A stretch of DNA of 64,000 nucleotides from an uncultured virus (IMG/VR IMGVR_UViG_3300005611_000005) (IMGVR_UViG_3300005611_000005); one strand, 5' to 3'. Counted from the stretch's first letter, positions 26,503 to 37,388 are shown. The notes: generated from the letters alone by a model not told the origin. Translations and numbers: made by a program.

Positions 26503-28866
26503 ATGGGAAGAAGAACTAAACCGAAAGGTGCGAAACCAGCTCCGAAACCAGCTCCGAAACCAAGAAATGCACCGCCAACCCCAGCAGTAAGTAGCACAGC
26601 TCTTAAAAATAACGAAAACTTAGCAGAATTTGCGGAAACAATTGCTAGAAATAATCGTAAGGCGGCGGCAGCGGCGAAAGGCTTAACTGACATTTCAGAA
26701 GAATTAACAGGTGTATGGACCTCTTTTGCTGACGTTGTACAGGACGCTGCACGATATATGGACACGGTGAAAGACCCAACGAAAGAAATATCTGATAACT
26801 TTTCGGCAATTCAAAAAGCTGCAAAAGACATTTACGCCAATTTAGAAGACATTGGAGATCAATATTACGAGCAGGTAGATTTAACACAACAAATTGCCAA
26901 AGCTCGGGAAGATTCTGAAAAGGCACAAAAACTCGGTTTGGAAGACGCGAAAAAAACATTAGATATCCAAGTTGAGCAATTACAGGCTTTAGAAAAATCT
27001 GCAGGCATGATGAATAAAGCTCATGAAATTGCAGTAAAAAAAGGAATTTCCATACGCGAGATTACGCAAGATATTGTACAACCAATGAAAGACTTAATGT
27101 CTAGCGTGTCTCAGTTCCCTGGCGGCGGCTTTTTAACTAAAGTATTAGGAGTCGACGGTAAGCTTGAAAAAATACAAAAGCAAGTCATGACATCTTTTGT
27201 TAAAAATTTAGACGAAACTGGTAGTGTAGGAAAGTCAGCTTTTAAAGCGTTAGGAACAGGTGCTGGATCGTTTATAAAATCTTTAGGTCCTGCTTTATTA
27301 GTATTAGGTAGTATCGCAGCTGCTATCGGTCTTGTTAAGTTAGCTTTAGATATGGATAAAGAGGTAACTGAACTAGCGCGCGGCTTTGGATTATCAAAAC
27401 ATGAAGCGCATGAGCTACATACTGAATTTAAAGGGATATTGGCTACGACGAATATTGTAGGAGCCAGCAATGAAGAATTAGTCAATTCCTTTAAAGAATT
27501 AACTGATTTAACAGGTCAAAATGTTGTAGCTAATAAAGATTTGTTGGAAACGCAAATACTACTTAAAAAGCAATATGGATTAACTGGAGAAGAAGCGGCA
27601 CAATTTCAACAAATGTCCATGGGCATTAATCAAAATTCAGAGCAAGTACTTCAGACAATTAAATCTACAGTTGAAGATTTTAATAAATTAACAAACAGTG
27701 GCGTTAATTACAAGAAAATTACTCAAGATATTGCAAAAGCTTCTAAAGCAACTTTAGCTAATTACAAAGGATCGATTCCAGCATTAGCTGCAGCTGCTGC
27801 ACAGGCAAGAAATATCGGATTAACTTTTGAAGAGTTAAATTCAATGTCGAGTACTTTGTTAGATTTTGAAGCTTCAATTGGAAAGGAAATGGCTGCGAAC
27901 GTTCTTACTGGTAAAAGTATGAATTTAAATCGAGCCAGAGAGTTAGCATTTGCCGGTGATATAGTAGGGGCCGGTGAAGAAGCTCTTAAACAGGCAGGGT
28001 CATTGGATGAATTTTTAAAGATGGAGCGTTATCAGCGCGATGCAATTGCAGCAGCTACAGGGTTGACTGTAGATCAAATTATCGAAGCTGGCGAATTGCA
28101 AAAAGTAAGAGTCGCGCTAGGTGGTAAGGAAGTTAAAGATTTAAGTGAATTAAATGCTGAAGAAAGAGAAAAATTATTGAATCAAGGTATTATTAATAAA
28201 GAAAAGGCGAAAGAACTTGAACAAGCTGAACAAATACGTAGTACGCAAGAGCAATTTGCATTAATAGTAGAAAATATAAAAAATACATTTATAGAAATTG
28301 CGGCTGGTCCGTTAGGAGCTATGGTTAGCAGTATTGGTAGTCTTCTTCAAAATACAGCTGCACTTAAAGGAATACTAGCTGCAGTTGCAATAATATTAGC
28401 TTCCATGGCAATTTCAGCAATTGCTACAGCATCTGCATCGACTTTAGGTTTAGCTGCATTTGCGATCGCTGCTGGTATAGGAGTCGCAGTCGCATCTATG
28501 GACTCAGCAACAAACAAAGCAAAATCTAAAGCAACGTCACTCAACGACGCAGAAATTGCTCCTGATGGTGGATTAGTAGTGTCAGGTAAAAAAGGAACGT
28601 ATAAACTACATCAAGACGATACAATAATAGCCGGTACAGGGTTATCATCTAATTCAATGTCTAATTCAACAGCAGCAGCTCCAGCAAGTTCAGGTATGAC
28701 TTCCATGGCTAAAGTTGAAAAATTGCTGCAAGAGTTAATTAGCAAAGTTGATCAACCAGTTAAAATACAATTAGGTACGAAAGTACTCGATGAAATTGAA
28801 AAACAAACTTCTATACGTAAAACATACGCTACGTCAGTAGACAAAGGTTATGGAGCATTTGGATAA
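26503..28866 (+). CDS. Tape measure protein
   Basis: Long helical Ala-rich protein with hydrophobic stretches, between chaperone and baseplate genes. Confidence 0.8.
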   Translation: MGRRTKPKGAKPAPKPAPKPRNAPPTPAVSSTALKNNENLAEFAETIARNNRKAAAAAKGLTDISEELTGVWTSFADVVQDAARYMDTVKDPTKEISDNFSAIQKAAKDIYANLEDIGDQYYEQVDLTQQIAKAREDSEKAQKLGLEDAKKTLDIQVEQLQALEKSAGMMNKAHEIAVKKGISIREITQDIVQPMKDLMSSVSQFPGGGFLTKVLGVDGKLEKIQKQVMTSFVKNLDETGSVGKSAFKALGTGAGSFIKSLGPALLVLGSIAAAIGLVKLALDMDKEVTELARGFGLSKHEAHELHTEFKGILATTNIVGASNEELVNSFKELTDLTGQNVVANKDLLETQILLKKQYGLTGEEAAQFQQMSMGINQNSEQVLQTIKSTVEDFNKLTNSGVNYKKITQDIAKASKATLANYKGSIPALAAAAAQARNIGLTFEELNSMSSTLLDFEASIGKEMAANVLTGKSMNLNRARELAFAGDIVGAGEEALKQAGSLDEFLKMERYQRDAIAAATGLTVDQIIEAGELQKVRVALGGKEVKDLSELNAEEREKLLNQGIINKEKAKELEQAEQIRSTQEQFALIVENIKNTFIEIAAGPLGAMVSSIGSLLQNTAALKGILAAVAIILASMAISAIATASASTLGLAAFAIAAGIGVAVASMDSATNKAKSKATSLNDAEIAPDGGLVVSGKKGTYKLHQDDTIIAGTGLSSNSMSNSTAAAPASSGMTSMAKVEKLLQELISKVDQPVKIQLGTKVLDEIEKQTSIRKTYATSVDKGYGAFG

Positions 28867-28876
28867 TTATTAATAT

Positions 28877-31567
28877 ATGGCACTAGTAGATTTACGTACG
28901 AATTTAGCTGATTGGTCAGTGGCAAAGAAAAAACCTTCAGAGGCAAATCCTGCTCCTGTTAATTTTTTCGATGCTGGAGGTGTTAATACTTCTGCTGGAG
29001 CCGCTGGTTTTACGAAAAATTTCAATAACGAAAATGCTTCGAAATTTCTAGGAATTTCTAGCAATAACCAATCGTATACCTATCCAGCAACTGTTCGCGG
29101 CAATCGATTAATGCAACCTAGATTGTCAGCTGTATTTCCTGGTCCACAAAATTTCATTGTTAATGAACAAACTGGAGCGACAGGATTTCAATTAAATGTA
29201 TCAAGTAATACTTCTGCATTTTTAGGAATTTCTAGTAATGGACAATCGTATACCTATCCAGAAACCGTGCAAGGTAACCGATTAATGAAGCCTAGATTGT
29301 CGTCAGCATTTCCAGGACCACAAAATTTCATTGACGATAATAAATTTGGCGCGACAGGGTTTCAATTGCGAGCTACAGATCCAAATACATCAGCATTTTT
29401 AGGCATCAATGGAGGGTCATATACATATCCTGCCACTGTACAATCTAATCGATTAATGCAACCTAGATTGTCAGCTGCATTTCCGGGTCCACAAAATTTC
29501 ATTAACGATAACAATTCAGGAGCTTCTGGATTTCGTTTAAATGCAAATAACAAATTTCAATCTGCATTTTTAGGTATTGACGGAGAGTCGTATACTTATC
29601 CTGATTCTGTCATTGGCGTACAAGGTAATTCAATTAATAAAGTTCCATATCTATCTCAAACTGCAACGTTTGCAAACCCTATAGGAACTATTAATACATT
29701 TAGATATTCCGATAATAAAGATCGAGTAGCTACGCAAGGAAATGTATTTCGAATAGAAGAAATACCTACAGGTCGATATGAAGAAAGAGTAAAGGCTGTA
29801 AAAGGACAATCTTCATTAAGTCCGTTATTTGCTAAATCGACAAAAGAAAATTCGCCATCTGCAATTACTGAACAATATACGAAATTTCATATAACAGACG
29901 AAGCTTACAATCCAACGTATTTAGCACAGCCTTACATTGTTCGAGGTATACAACGTAAAGGAGATCCGAATCCTCAACGATGGGGCTTCAATGTTAATTT
30001 TGACGATGGACTCGTTCCTGCAGGTGTCGTTGCTTATGGTGAAAGAATTGCTGCAGATGTAGCGCGTATTGCACAATTCATAGCATCTCCGAAAGGATTG
30101 TTATGGACAGCTAAACAGGCAGGGCTTCAATTATCTAATCCATTTACAGAAACCGCATCAACCGGTACACAAATATTCAACCCGATACAGTTAGTTGCAA
30201 ACGTAGCAACTGCTCCGCTAGGTATTCGAGTTCAGAGACATGGATTGGTTGGTGTTACTAACACTTACGAAGAGGTAGTGCGTGCAAAAAATGTCGATCC
30301 AGACCCAGTATTGTATCAAGTGCCACTTCCTAATGGCGGGCCGCTTTACAATCGACTTCTAGCGCTATCAAAAGAATATTTCGTAGGGCTACCAATTCGT
30401 ACAATTGTTGGTACACCATCTATTACGCTAACTGCTCCTTTCGGAGGACCGAAATCTGTTTATGGAATTGGACTTACTACTATTAGTAGAACAGTAGATT
30501 CCATGAATGGTGGTGTTAGCGGCGCGGCTAGTGCACAAATCGGTAGATTTCATGGAAGTGCATATTACACATTATTGAAGAAATCTAATGCTGGCAATTC
30601 ATTCAATGATTTTCGAAATGACATTATCGTGCCAGTATCGCTACCATCTACAAGATTTTCCGTCGATTCCGGAGAAATAGCAGCTTCAGTAATTGGCAAG
30701 CAAGACGCTGACTATTACAAAGACTTCAATTTAGAAACTAAATACGGTTTTGGTAGTCACGGTAAACCTGCTCGAGCAAAAGGACCTTCTCGCGGCGTAG
30801 GGTCATTCAAGGTAGTTTCATATAACACTGAAGCAAACGCTGAAAAATTATTTAATGACGACAGTAAAGTCGATCGAACGAAACTGGCTGATAATAAAGA
30901 TTTTTACGGAGATCGAATCAATGCCGTTGACGTGTCTACAGATCCAGACGACGTATTGTTAACAGAAACAGAAATCTATCCAACTAATACTCGCGACTTT
31001 ATTCGATTTTATTTCGAAGATGCTATACAAGGTCGCCACGTTATTGCAATGCGTGCAACTATAACAGGATTATCAGATTCATTTTCACCGTCATGGTCTC
31101 GTATAGATATTTTAGGATATCCTGCAGGTGCATATTCATACAATACATTTGAACGCTCTGTATCATTTAATTTTATAGTAGCAGCTACGTCTCGTTCAGA
31201 AATGATTCCAATCTGGAGAAAATTGAATTATTTAGCTACATATACCATGCCTGATTACGTAGACAATCGACCTACCGGTCCGTTCATGAGACTTACTTTA
31301 GGAGATTTATATAAAAACGCTCCAGGGTTTATTGAATCGCTTTCATACAGCGTACCTGACGAAACTACCTGGGACATTGCAGATGATAGTGCTGATAATC
31401 CAGATGCTAAACAACTACCAACAGTAATTGAAGTTTCAGTTACTTATAAAATGATAAGCAACTATTTACCACAGAAATTAGGTGCGGCGTATGATTTAGG
31501 AATTACGAAAAAAGAAGGTAATTGGTTACAAGATTCCAAAGTAGCTGTAGCCGCGACGAGTTCATAA
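28877..31567 (+). CDS. Baseplate/tail-tube-initiator-like protein with N-terminal repeats
   Basis: C-terminal tube-fold-like region (RATITGLSDSFSPSW...YNTFERSVSFNF...MRLTLGDLY...GFIESLSY). Confidence 0.7.
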   Translation: MALVDLRTNLADWSVAKKKPSEANPAPVNFFDAGGVNTSAGAAGFTKNFNNENASKFLGISSNNQSYTYPATVRGNRLMQPRLSAVFPGPQNFIVNEQTGATGFQLNVSSNTSAFLGISSNGQSYTYPETVQGNRLMKPRLSSAFPGPQNFIDDNKFGATGFQLRATDPNTSAFLGINGGSYTYPATVQSNRLMQPRLSAAFPGPQNFINDNNSGASGFRLNANNKFQSAFLGIDGESYTYPDSVIGVQGNSINKVPYLSQTATFANPIGTINTFRYSDNKDRVATQGNVFRIEEIPTGRYEERVKAVKGQSSLSPLFAKSTKENSPSAITEQYTKFHITDEAYNPTYLAQPYIVRGIQRKGDPNPQRWGFNVNFDDGLVPAGVVAYGERIAADVARIAQFIASPKGLLWTAKQAGLQLSNPFTETASTGTQIFNPIQLVANVATAPLGIRVQRHGLVGVTNTYEEVVRAKNVDPDPVLYQVPLPNGGPLYNRLLALSKEYFVGLPIRTIVGTPSITLTAPFGGPKSVYGIGLTTISRTVDSMNGGVSGAASAQIGRFHGSAYYTLLKKSNAGNSFNDFRNDIIVPVSLPSTRFSVDSGEIAASVIGKQDADYYKDFNLETKYGFGSHGKPARAKGPSRGVGSFKVVSYNTEANAEKLFNDDSKVDRTKLADNKDFYGDRINAVDVSTDPDDVLLTETEIYPTNTRDFIRFYFEDAIQGRHVIAMRATITGLSDSFSPSWSRIDILGYPAGAYSYNTFERSVSFNFIVAATSRSEMIPIWRKLNYLATYTMPDYVDNRPTGPFMRLTLGDLYKNAPGFIESLSYSVPDETTWDIADDSADNPDAKQLPTVIEVSVTYKMISNYLPQKLGAAYDLGITKKEGNWLQDSKVAVAATSS
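28955..29612 (+). repeat. About 3.5 tandem 57-59-aa repeats
   Basis: FLGI...SYTYP occurs 4 times; NRLM.PRLS..FPGPQNFI occurs 3 times. Confidence 0.9.
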
Positions 31568-31580
31568 TTAAATAACAATC

Positions 31581-31901
31581 ATGTCACGATATAGTAATAC
31601 ATTATTTGATCAACCTGAACGTTTAGATTCAGAAAATAGACGAAGAATATACGATTCGCTAATTGATCCTAACATTCCAAATTCGCAATTAGATGTATAC
31701 GTACGTACTGTATTTGGAGATCGGCTAGATTCGCTAGCTTTTCAATATTATTCAGATACTACATTATGGTGGATTATAGCCGCTGCCAATCCAGGATTGC
31801 GAAAAGATTCGTTGTTTTTAGAACCGAATTTACAACTTCGTATACCTGCCGATCCAGACAGTATAATTCAATTGCTACAAACTACAAACCAATCTAGATA
31901 A
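31581..31901 (+). CDS. LysM-like baseplate wedge protein (gp53/tail X-like)
   Basis: GDRLDSLAFQYYSDTTLWWIIAAAN...QLRIP. Confidence 0.85.
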   Translation: MSRYSNTLFDQPERLDSENRRRIYDSLIDPNIPNSQLDVYVRTVFGDRLDSLAFQYYSDTTLWWIIAAANPGLRKDSLFLEPNLQLRIPADPDSIIQLLQTTNQSR

Positions 31902-31906
31902 CAGTT

Positions 31907-34060
31907 ATGTCTTTATTTTTAGATAAAATTGATAAAAAAGTACAACAAGCCCTGAATCAACGTAAAGAGTTTTATTCAGGAAATGGAGATGTAAATGATC
32001 GATATGCTTGGCTCTATAAGAAAATGCCTTATGTATCAGTGCGTGCATCCAAAGCCAATGCAGATGGAGCATTCAATGCTAACGCTGCAATTACATTATC
32101 GACTACACAAACTTTAGGAGGATTTCCTTCTATATCAAAAAAAGCCGATAACAGTAATACATTTCAACTTAACAGTAAAAATTCATTTTATAAAGAAGCT
32201 ATAGGATCAGCTGAAAAAGGTCGATTAGTCCCGCCACCAAACATTACTAGTGTATCGATATCGTCAGATGGTGATTTCGGGTCGCTTGAAAAAGTTGAAA
32301 TTAAATTTATGTGCTATTCACTTAAGCAGTTAAATGATTTGCAAATTTTTTTCGAAGCAGGGACTGTAATGCAAATGACGTATGGATGGACTATAACAAA
32401 CAATACCGCCGCTGGACCGGCTGGTAATTGGCAAGGGTTAGTTTGCAATTTCGGATATTCAGTGACGCCACAAGGTACATTTGAATGTACTACATCTGGT
32501 ATTGGAGCAGGCATCAATGCATTTTCAGTTGCATTAACTGCTTCGCAAAAAGGTAAATCGCCGACGACCCCAGGTGAAATAGTTAAAAATAACGTACTTA
32601 CAACTATAAAAAAAGAATCGCAAGATCATAAAAAAACTTATCAAATAAACAATTTAGGACTCGGAGAAGGATACGCTGCATTTGCATTATATGGTTCAGA
32701 TCAAGCTGCAGACCCAAACGACCCTGTTTCAGTAGCAACGACAGTAGGCAGTGGCGTTCGTCATTACGTGTCGTTGGAAAGACTTACGAAAGTTATTAAT
32801 GATGTAAGTCGAAATGCATCGCTTGATGCTAACAATAAATCTAAATTTAATTCTATTCAAATTGTTTGTAATAAAGATGTAACGACAGGAACTGGTATTG
32901 TACATTATAACCTTTTTCAACTTTCTGCTAATCCTGAAGAAATTATATTAGGATCTGCATCAGGTGGTCGTGCAAGAATTGATCCATTTTTTGGGGAAGA
33001 TGCTGCAACTTATCCCGCTGGTCATGGTGGTATTGATTCAATCAACACAGAAAGCGGCTTTTTTAATAACGATGCCAACGGAGGTGAAGCAGTAAGAGCC
33101 TACGCAGTTAAAAATCATGGAGACTTAAGTAAAATTATGGTTTGTGTAGAATTTATAGAACGAATTATCAATAACATTTCAACTACAGAAGGTAGCGGTA
33201 GAGTACGTTCTCCACAAGCTACTATTGCAAAGTTATACGAGCGAATTTTTCAATCGATATACGATAATACCGGTACGCGATATAAACTTACATTAGCTTC
33301 GAACCGAAACAATCCAAATGAATTGTACGTCGTTGAAGTTAATTCAATGGATTCGCAACTGTTTGAGGCTTTAAAGAAACGTAATGGATCTGGTACAAAA
33401 GTCGATGAACGATTGCCATATGAATTTACTGCATTTACGAAAAATGCTATTTGTCGTAATATTAGCTTATCGACAAAAATTCCTACGGAATATGTAACTG
33501 CAGCGTATGTAGCGGCTACGTCGACATTAACACCTGGAGCTACTAGATTACCAGGTACTACTAGTTCTGATGTTGCGCAACCTAGAGACTTTAAAAATCC
33601 TAGCGCAACTGAGTCTCAAAAGGAAACCGGTACAGATTATGATCAAACCAAAGTATTAGATTGGGTAAAAGAAATTCTTAGCGCTCAAGGAGAAGCACAA
33701 AAGTCTAAATATACAGATGTATCCGCTCTTCAGTCGTTTATTAAAGAAGTTTATTTGTCCGGGTTTCAAGGCTTTCAGACATTAGGTACTGGCACTAGGG
33801 AGCCGGTATTTAAAAACACTCAAGGAAAAACACCGCAGCCTGGTTCAAAAGAAGTAGTTCCATTTCCATTGGAATTTAGTGCAGTACTAGATGGAATTTC
33901 TGGAATTAAATTTGGCGATACAGTGTCAATTAATTATTTACCTAAAGTTTACAGAGAGAAAAATATAGTATGGACTGCGACGACTGTACAACATGAAATT
34001 TCAAACAACGATTGGACTACCACGGTAAATACAGTATGTAGAATGTTAAATGATGAATAA
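31907..34060 (+). CDS. Baseplate hub-like protein
   Basis: Follows the LysM gene; ends LDGISGIKFGD...VQHEISNNDWTT. Confidence 0.6.
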   Translation: MSLFLDKIDKKVQQALNQRKEFYSGNGDVNDRYAWLYKKMPYVSVRASKANADGAFNANAAITLSTTQTLGGFPSISKKADNSNTFQLNSKNSFYKEAIGSAEKGRLVPPPNITSVSISSDGDFGSLEKVEIKFMCYSLKQLNDLQIFFEAGTVMQMTYGWTITNNTAAGPAGNWQGLVCNFGYSVTPQGTFECTTSGIGAGINAFSVALTASQKGKSPTTPGEIVKNNVLTTIKKESQDHKKTYQINNLGLGEGYAAFALYGSDQAADPNDPVSVATTVGSGVRHYVSLERLTKVINDVSRNASLDANNKSKFNSIQIVCNKDVTTGTGIVHYNLFQLSANPEEIILGSASGGRARIDPFFGEDAATYPAGHGGIDSINTESGFFNNDANGGEAVRAYAVKNHGDLSKIMVCVEFIERIINNISTTEGSGRVRSPQATIAKLYERIFQSIYDNTGTRYKLTLASNRNNPNELYVVEVNSMDSQLFEALKKRNGSGTKVDERLPYEFTAFTKNAICRNISLSTKIPTEYVTAAYVAATSTLTPGATRLPGTTSSDVAQPRDFKNPSATESQKETGTDYDQTKVLDWVKEILSAQGEAQKSKYTDVSALQSFIKEVYLSGFQGFQTLGTGTREPVFKNTQGKTPQPGSKEVVPFPLEFSAVLDGISGIKFGDTVSINYLPKVYREKNIVWTATTVQHEISNNDWTTTVNTVCRMLNDE

Positions 34061-34680
34061 TGCCTAGACCAGCTTTATACGTACCTGAAAATCAAATTAT
34101 AAAAAATTTATCGACTACAGGTAAAGAATGGATGTTTCCTGACGGTACTGAGTATATTGGAAAATACCATCGGTATACTAACGGAGCAGTATTTACAGAA
34201 GCTCGATATACTACAGTGTCGAGAGAATTAATACCATATCAAGATCAAAGCTCGCAAAATTACGATTATATAGAACTTAAAGGTACGACAAACTTTCAAT
34301 CTCCAAAATACATTTCACCTTTACCTACAGGTAAACAATATAAAACTGGTAGATATACGAGATATTTTATTTCAGCACGTAATACAGTTAGTGCAGGAGC
34401 GATATTTGAAATTGACGAAGCTCAATATAAATTATGGAAGTCAAATAAAATTGATCAATCGCTATACATAGCTATTGAACTTCCATGGAAATTGACTGGT
34501 CCTAGATTTGATGATATATCTGCACAGCCAAAGAAAGCTGGCGTCGAAGATACCAACAGAAGAATAGTCTTTCAGAAAAATCCAGAGCTTCCTGGTATTG
34601 CTGATTTACTAACTGATTACATTGAATATACAATATACGATCGATCTACATCTGCAGAAATTAAATCTTTATTTGGTTAA
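34060..34680 (+). CDS. Hypothetical protein (end of the tail module)
   Basis: 206-aa ORF translationally coupled to the previous gene. Confidence 0.6.
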   Translation: MPRPALYVPENQIIKNLSTTGKEWMFPDGTEYIGKYHRYTNGAVFTEARYTTVSRELIPYQDQSSQNYDYIELKGTTNFQSPKYISPLPTGKQYKTGRYTRYFISARNTVSAGAIFEIDEAQYKLWKSNKIDQSLYIAIELPWKLTGPRFDDISAQPKKAGVEDTNRRIVFQKNPELPGIADLLTDYIEYTIYDRSTSAEIKSLFG

Positions 34681-34703
34681 TATCTGAATTATTCTTATAT
34701 TCA
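34672..34703 (+). promoter_or_regulatory. Host-type (Bacteroidota-like) promoter
   Basis: TTTG-N20-TATATTCA before the PolA-like gene. Confidence 0.55.
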
Positions 34704-34711
34704 GATAAGTT

Positions 34712-36061
34712 ATGACTATCATAGAAACGCAACAGGAATATACTAGCTTCATGCAGAAATACTCTTCAACTGATTGGATAGTAGTTCCTGTATATTGCAA
34801 CGGTGACTATCCTGTGTATGTCGATAGTATATCGCTGATTTATGTATATGCCATCAATTACGATAAAGATTGCGTTTTAGTGCTAAATCATACAGAAGGT
34901 CTTAATTTACAAATTGATTTAGCAGATTCGTTACCAAAAGACAATGTCTGTTACATACATAATAAAAAACGGTTCAGTCAGTTTGTACAACAAGACAATT
35001 TAATTGATATGGACTTAATCGAGTATTTTTATCGAAATCGACCAATGCCCGATGAATTTGATACTACAGCTCATGAATTTTTCGAAAGAAAATATCATCG
35101 GTTTAAAAATTTAAATGCTATTATTCCAATTACGAAACATGTTGAGCGTTGCAGAAACATTCGCGATACATTTTTCGATGTATACAATTTATTAAAAATA
35201 GATCAATCGTTTACATTTTACAATACAGTTATTTTAAATTCGCTGCAGGCTATAGAAAAAAATGGAATGTATGTAAATGCTAGTAAGTTTGCAAATGTAT
35301 TTCCTGATTATCCAATACATGATAATTTTGTATATACAGAATACAACATATACACTACCACAGGACGACCTTCAAATAGATTTAATGGAGTTAATTTCGG
35401 GGCGTTAAATAAAGAAACTGGTATACGAGACGCTTTTTGTAGTCGATTCGCTCAAGATGGATTTATGATTTCATTTGACTACGACGCTTATCATTTAAGA
35501 TTGTTAGCAGTGTTAGTAGATTATAAATTTCCAGATAACGTTTCAGTACATGAACATTTAGGAGAATATTATTTTCAGAAAAGCAAATTGTCTGAAGAAG
35601 AGTATCAAGAGTCAAAATCTATTTCCTTTCGACAACTGTATGGTGGTATAGCTACTGAGTATTTAGTTATTCCATTTTTTGAAAAAGTGCATGAATATAC
35701 CAAATTGCTTTGGGAGCAGTTTCGTGAAACAGGATTTATCGAAACGCCTTTGTTTTCTAGAAAATTATTCTTAAATTTCTTTAAAGATCTTAATCCAGCT
35801 AAACTTTTAAACTACTTTCTGCAAGCTTTCGAAACCGAGCGAAACATGGCCGTAATTCATAACGTACTTCAACGTACAACTGCGTACGAATCAAAACTGA
35901 TACTTTATACATACGATTCTTTCCTGTTCGATTTTCATGTGAAAGACGGCGCTGAATTCATACAAATAGTAAAGGCTGAACTAGAGCAACAAGGAAAGTT
36001 TCCTACTAAATTAGAAATTGGTCCTACCTATCAAAACATGGTAGAACGAAATGTCAATTAA
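34712..36061 (+). CDS. Divergent family A DNA polymerase-like protein
   Basis: TTTGRPSN, motif A FDYDAYHLRLLA, motif B SKSISFRQLYGG, LNYFLQA and motif C YTYDS. Confidence 0.8.
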   Translation: MTIIETQQEYTSFMQKYSSTDWIVVPVYCNGDYPVYVDSISLIYVYAINYDKDCVLVLNHTEGLNLQIDLADSLPKDNVCYIHNKKRFSQFVQQDNLIDMDLIEYFYRNRPMPDEFDTTAHEFFERKYHRFKNLNAIIPITKHVERCRNIRDTFFDVYNLLKIDQSFTFYNTVILNSLQAIEKNGMYVNASKFANVFPDYPIHDNFVYTEYNIYTTTGRPSNRFNGVNFGALNKETGIRDAFCSRFAQDGFMISFDYDAYHLRLLAVLVDYKFPDNVSVHEHLGEYYFQKSKLSEEEYQESKSISFRQLYGGIATEYLVIPFFEKVHEYTKLLWEQFRETGFIETPLFSRKLFLNFFKDLNPAKLLNYFLQAFETERNMAVIHNVLQRTTAYESKLILYTYDSFLFDFHVKDGAEFIQIVKAELEQQGKFPTKLEIGPTYQNMVERNVN

Positions 36062-36091
36062 CTACATATTTATTATTAAACCGAAACACAT

Positions 36092-36934
36092 ATGAAACAT
36101 TACCTAATTATTTTAACGACACTGTTATTTGCCAGTTGTCAAGAATCTACATTGTTAGTAGATGACGGGACAGCAATTAAAGGATGTACCGATCCTAAAT
36201 CAGTTAACTATAATCCAGACGCCGTTGTCGACAACGGGTCGTGCGTTTATATTGACAGTTTGCAAAATTCAATTTTTGGTAAATTTACTGCTACTTGGTG
36301 CGGACCTTGTGGAGGATGGGGAGTTACAAGATTTGAGGAGTTATATGCAAACCACAGAGGTAGAACATTAGCTATAGCATTACAGATAAGCGATGCATTA
36401 ACCACACCTGATAATGGACCATTAGTTGATGAATTTTCTACTAAGTGGCAATATACAGGAACACCTAATTTCTTTGTTAATGAAACTTTTGTCGGTACCA
36501 GTACCTCAGGTATCCCAAGTGAAATAGCAAATAAAAACAACCAAACCCCTAAATTATCTATCGGTACTCATGTAACTCAAGGAGCTGGTAAGAATGCTGG
36601 TAAATTAAATGTAAATGTGTATGTAAAGGCTCTAGACAATTTATCAGGTACTTATACAATGTCTGCTTTATTTCTATACAAAGAAATTGAAGCTGCTCAA
36701 AATGGTAGTACTCAAAACCCGCATATACATCATCATGTACTAGCTAAATCAGCTATTGCAGCTGGTGCATTTGGAGAAGAGATATTTACCAGTTTAAGTG
36801 CTGGAGATGTATATCATTGGGCTCGAACTATCGAATATAACGACAACTGGGATATGAGCAAAATGGAGCTTGTATTTATCATCTGGAAAACGACCGGTAC
36901 CGGTTATGAGTTTGTAAATTGTACAACTAATTAA
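36092..36934 (+). CDS. Lipoprotein, Omp28-like with thioredoxin-type CxxC
   Basis: Signal peptide ending LFAS-C; GCTDP..VNYNPDA..DNGSC; FTATWCGPCG; TPNFFVN; HHHVL. Confidence 0.7.
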   Translation: MKHYLIILTTLLFASCQESTLLVDDGTAIKGCTDPKSVNYNPDAVVDNGSCVYIDSLQNSIFGKFTATWCGPCGGWGVTRFEELYANHRGRTLAIALQISDALTTPDNGPLVDEFSTKWQYTGTPNFFVNETFVGTSTSGIPSEIANKNNQTPKLSIGTHVTQGAGKNAGKLNVNVYVKALDNLSGTYTMSALFLYKEIEAAQNGSTQNPHIHHHVLAKSAIAAGAFGEEIFTSLSAGDVYHWARTIEYNDNWDMSKMELVFIIWKTTGTGYEFVNCTTN

Positions 36935-36986
36935 CATTGAATTGTTAACTGTTACATATTTATATTCGATAAAATGAAAGATAGAT

Positions 36987-37370
36987 TTGTTACAGTTAAT
37001 TTGTATATTTGTCACGGAAGAAGAGCTGGATCATGTAGTCGAAATGATTGCAAAGACGTACACTGTAGCTTCAAATAAATTGTTTGTATTGTCTATAGAA
37101 AACTCCAATGAATTCATTTGCAGTTTCAATGTAGAAAAAGGATTTCAAAGAAAACAATTATCAGGAGCCATGTTAGTACATCGCAAGAAAGAAACGAATA
37201 CCATGTATACTATCAATTCTCTTAATGCACTAATTAAGTTGGAAAATGATGGTATATTAGATTCTTCTTTTTCTGTTGATTGGAGCAAATACAAAAATTC
37301 ATTGTTGGTAACTTCTAATAATGAACTTAAAGTGCTTGCTACAAAAGTATATCAAATTATCAATTTGTAA
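36987..37370 (+). CDS. Hypothetical protein (TTG start)
   Basis: 127-aa ORF with VHRKKETNTMYTINSLN; motif at 36956 upstream. Confidence 0.65.
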   Translation: MLQLICIFVTEEELDHVVEMIAKTYTVASNKLFVLSIENSNEFICSFNVEKGFQRKQLSGAMLVHRKKETNTMYTINSLNALIKLENDGILDSSFSVDWSKYKNSLLVTSNNELKVLATKVYQIINL

Positions 37371-37388
37371 CATATTTATATAAAAATA

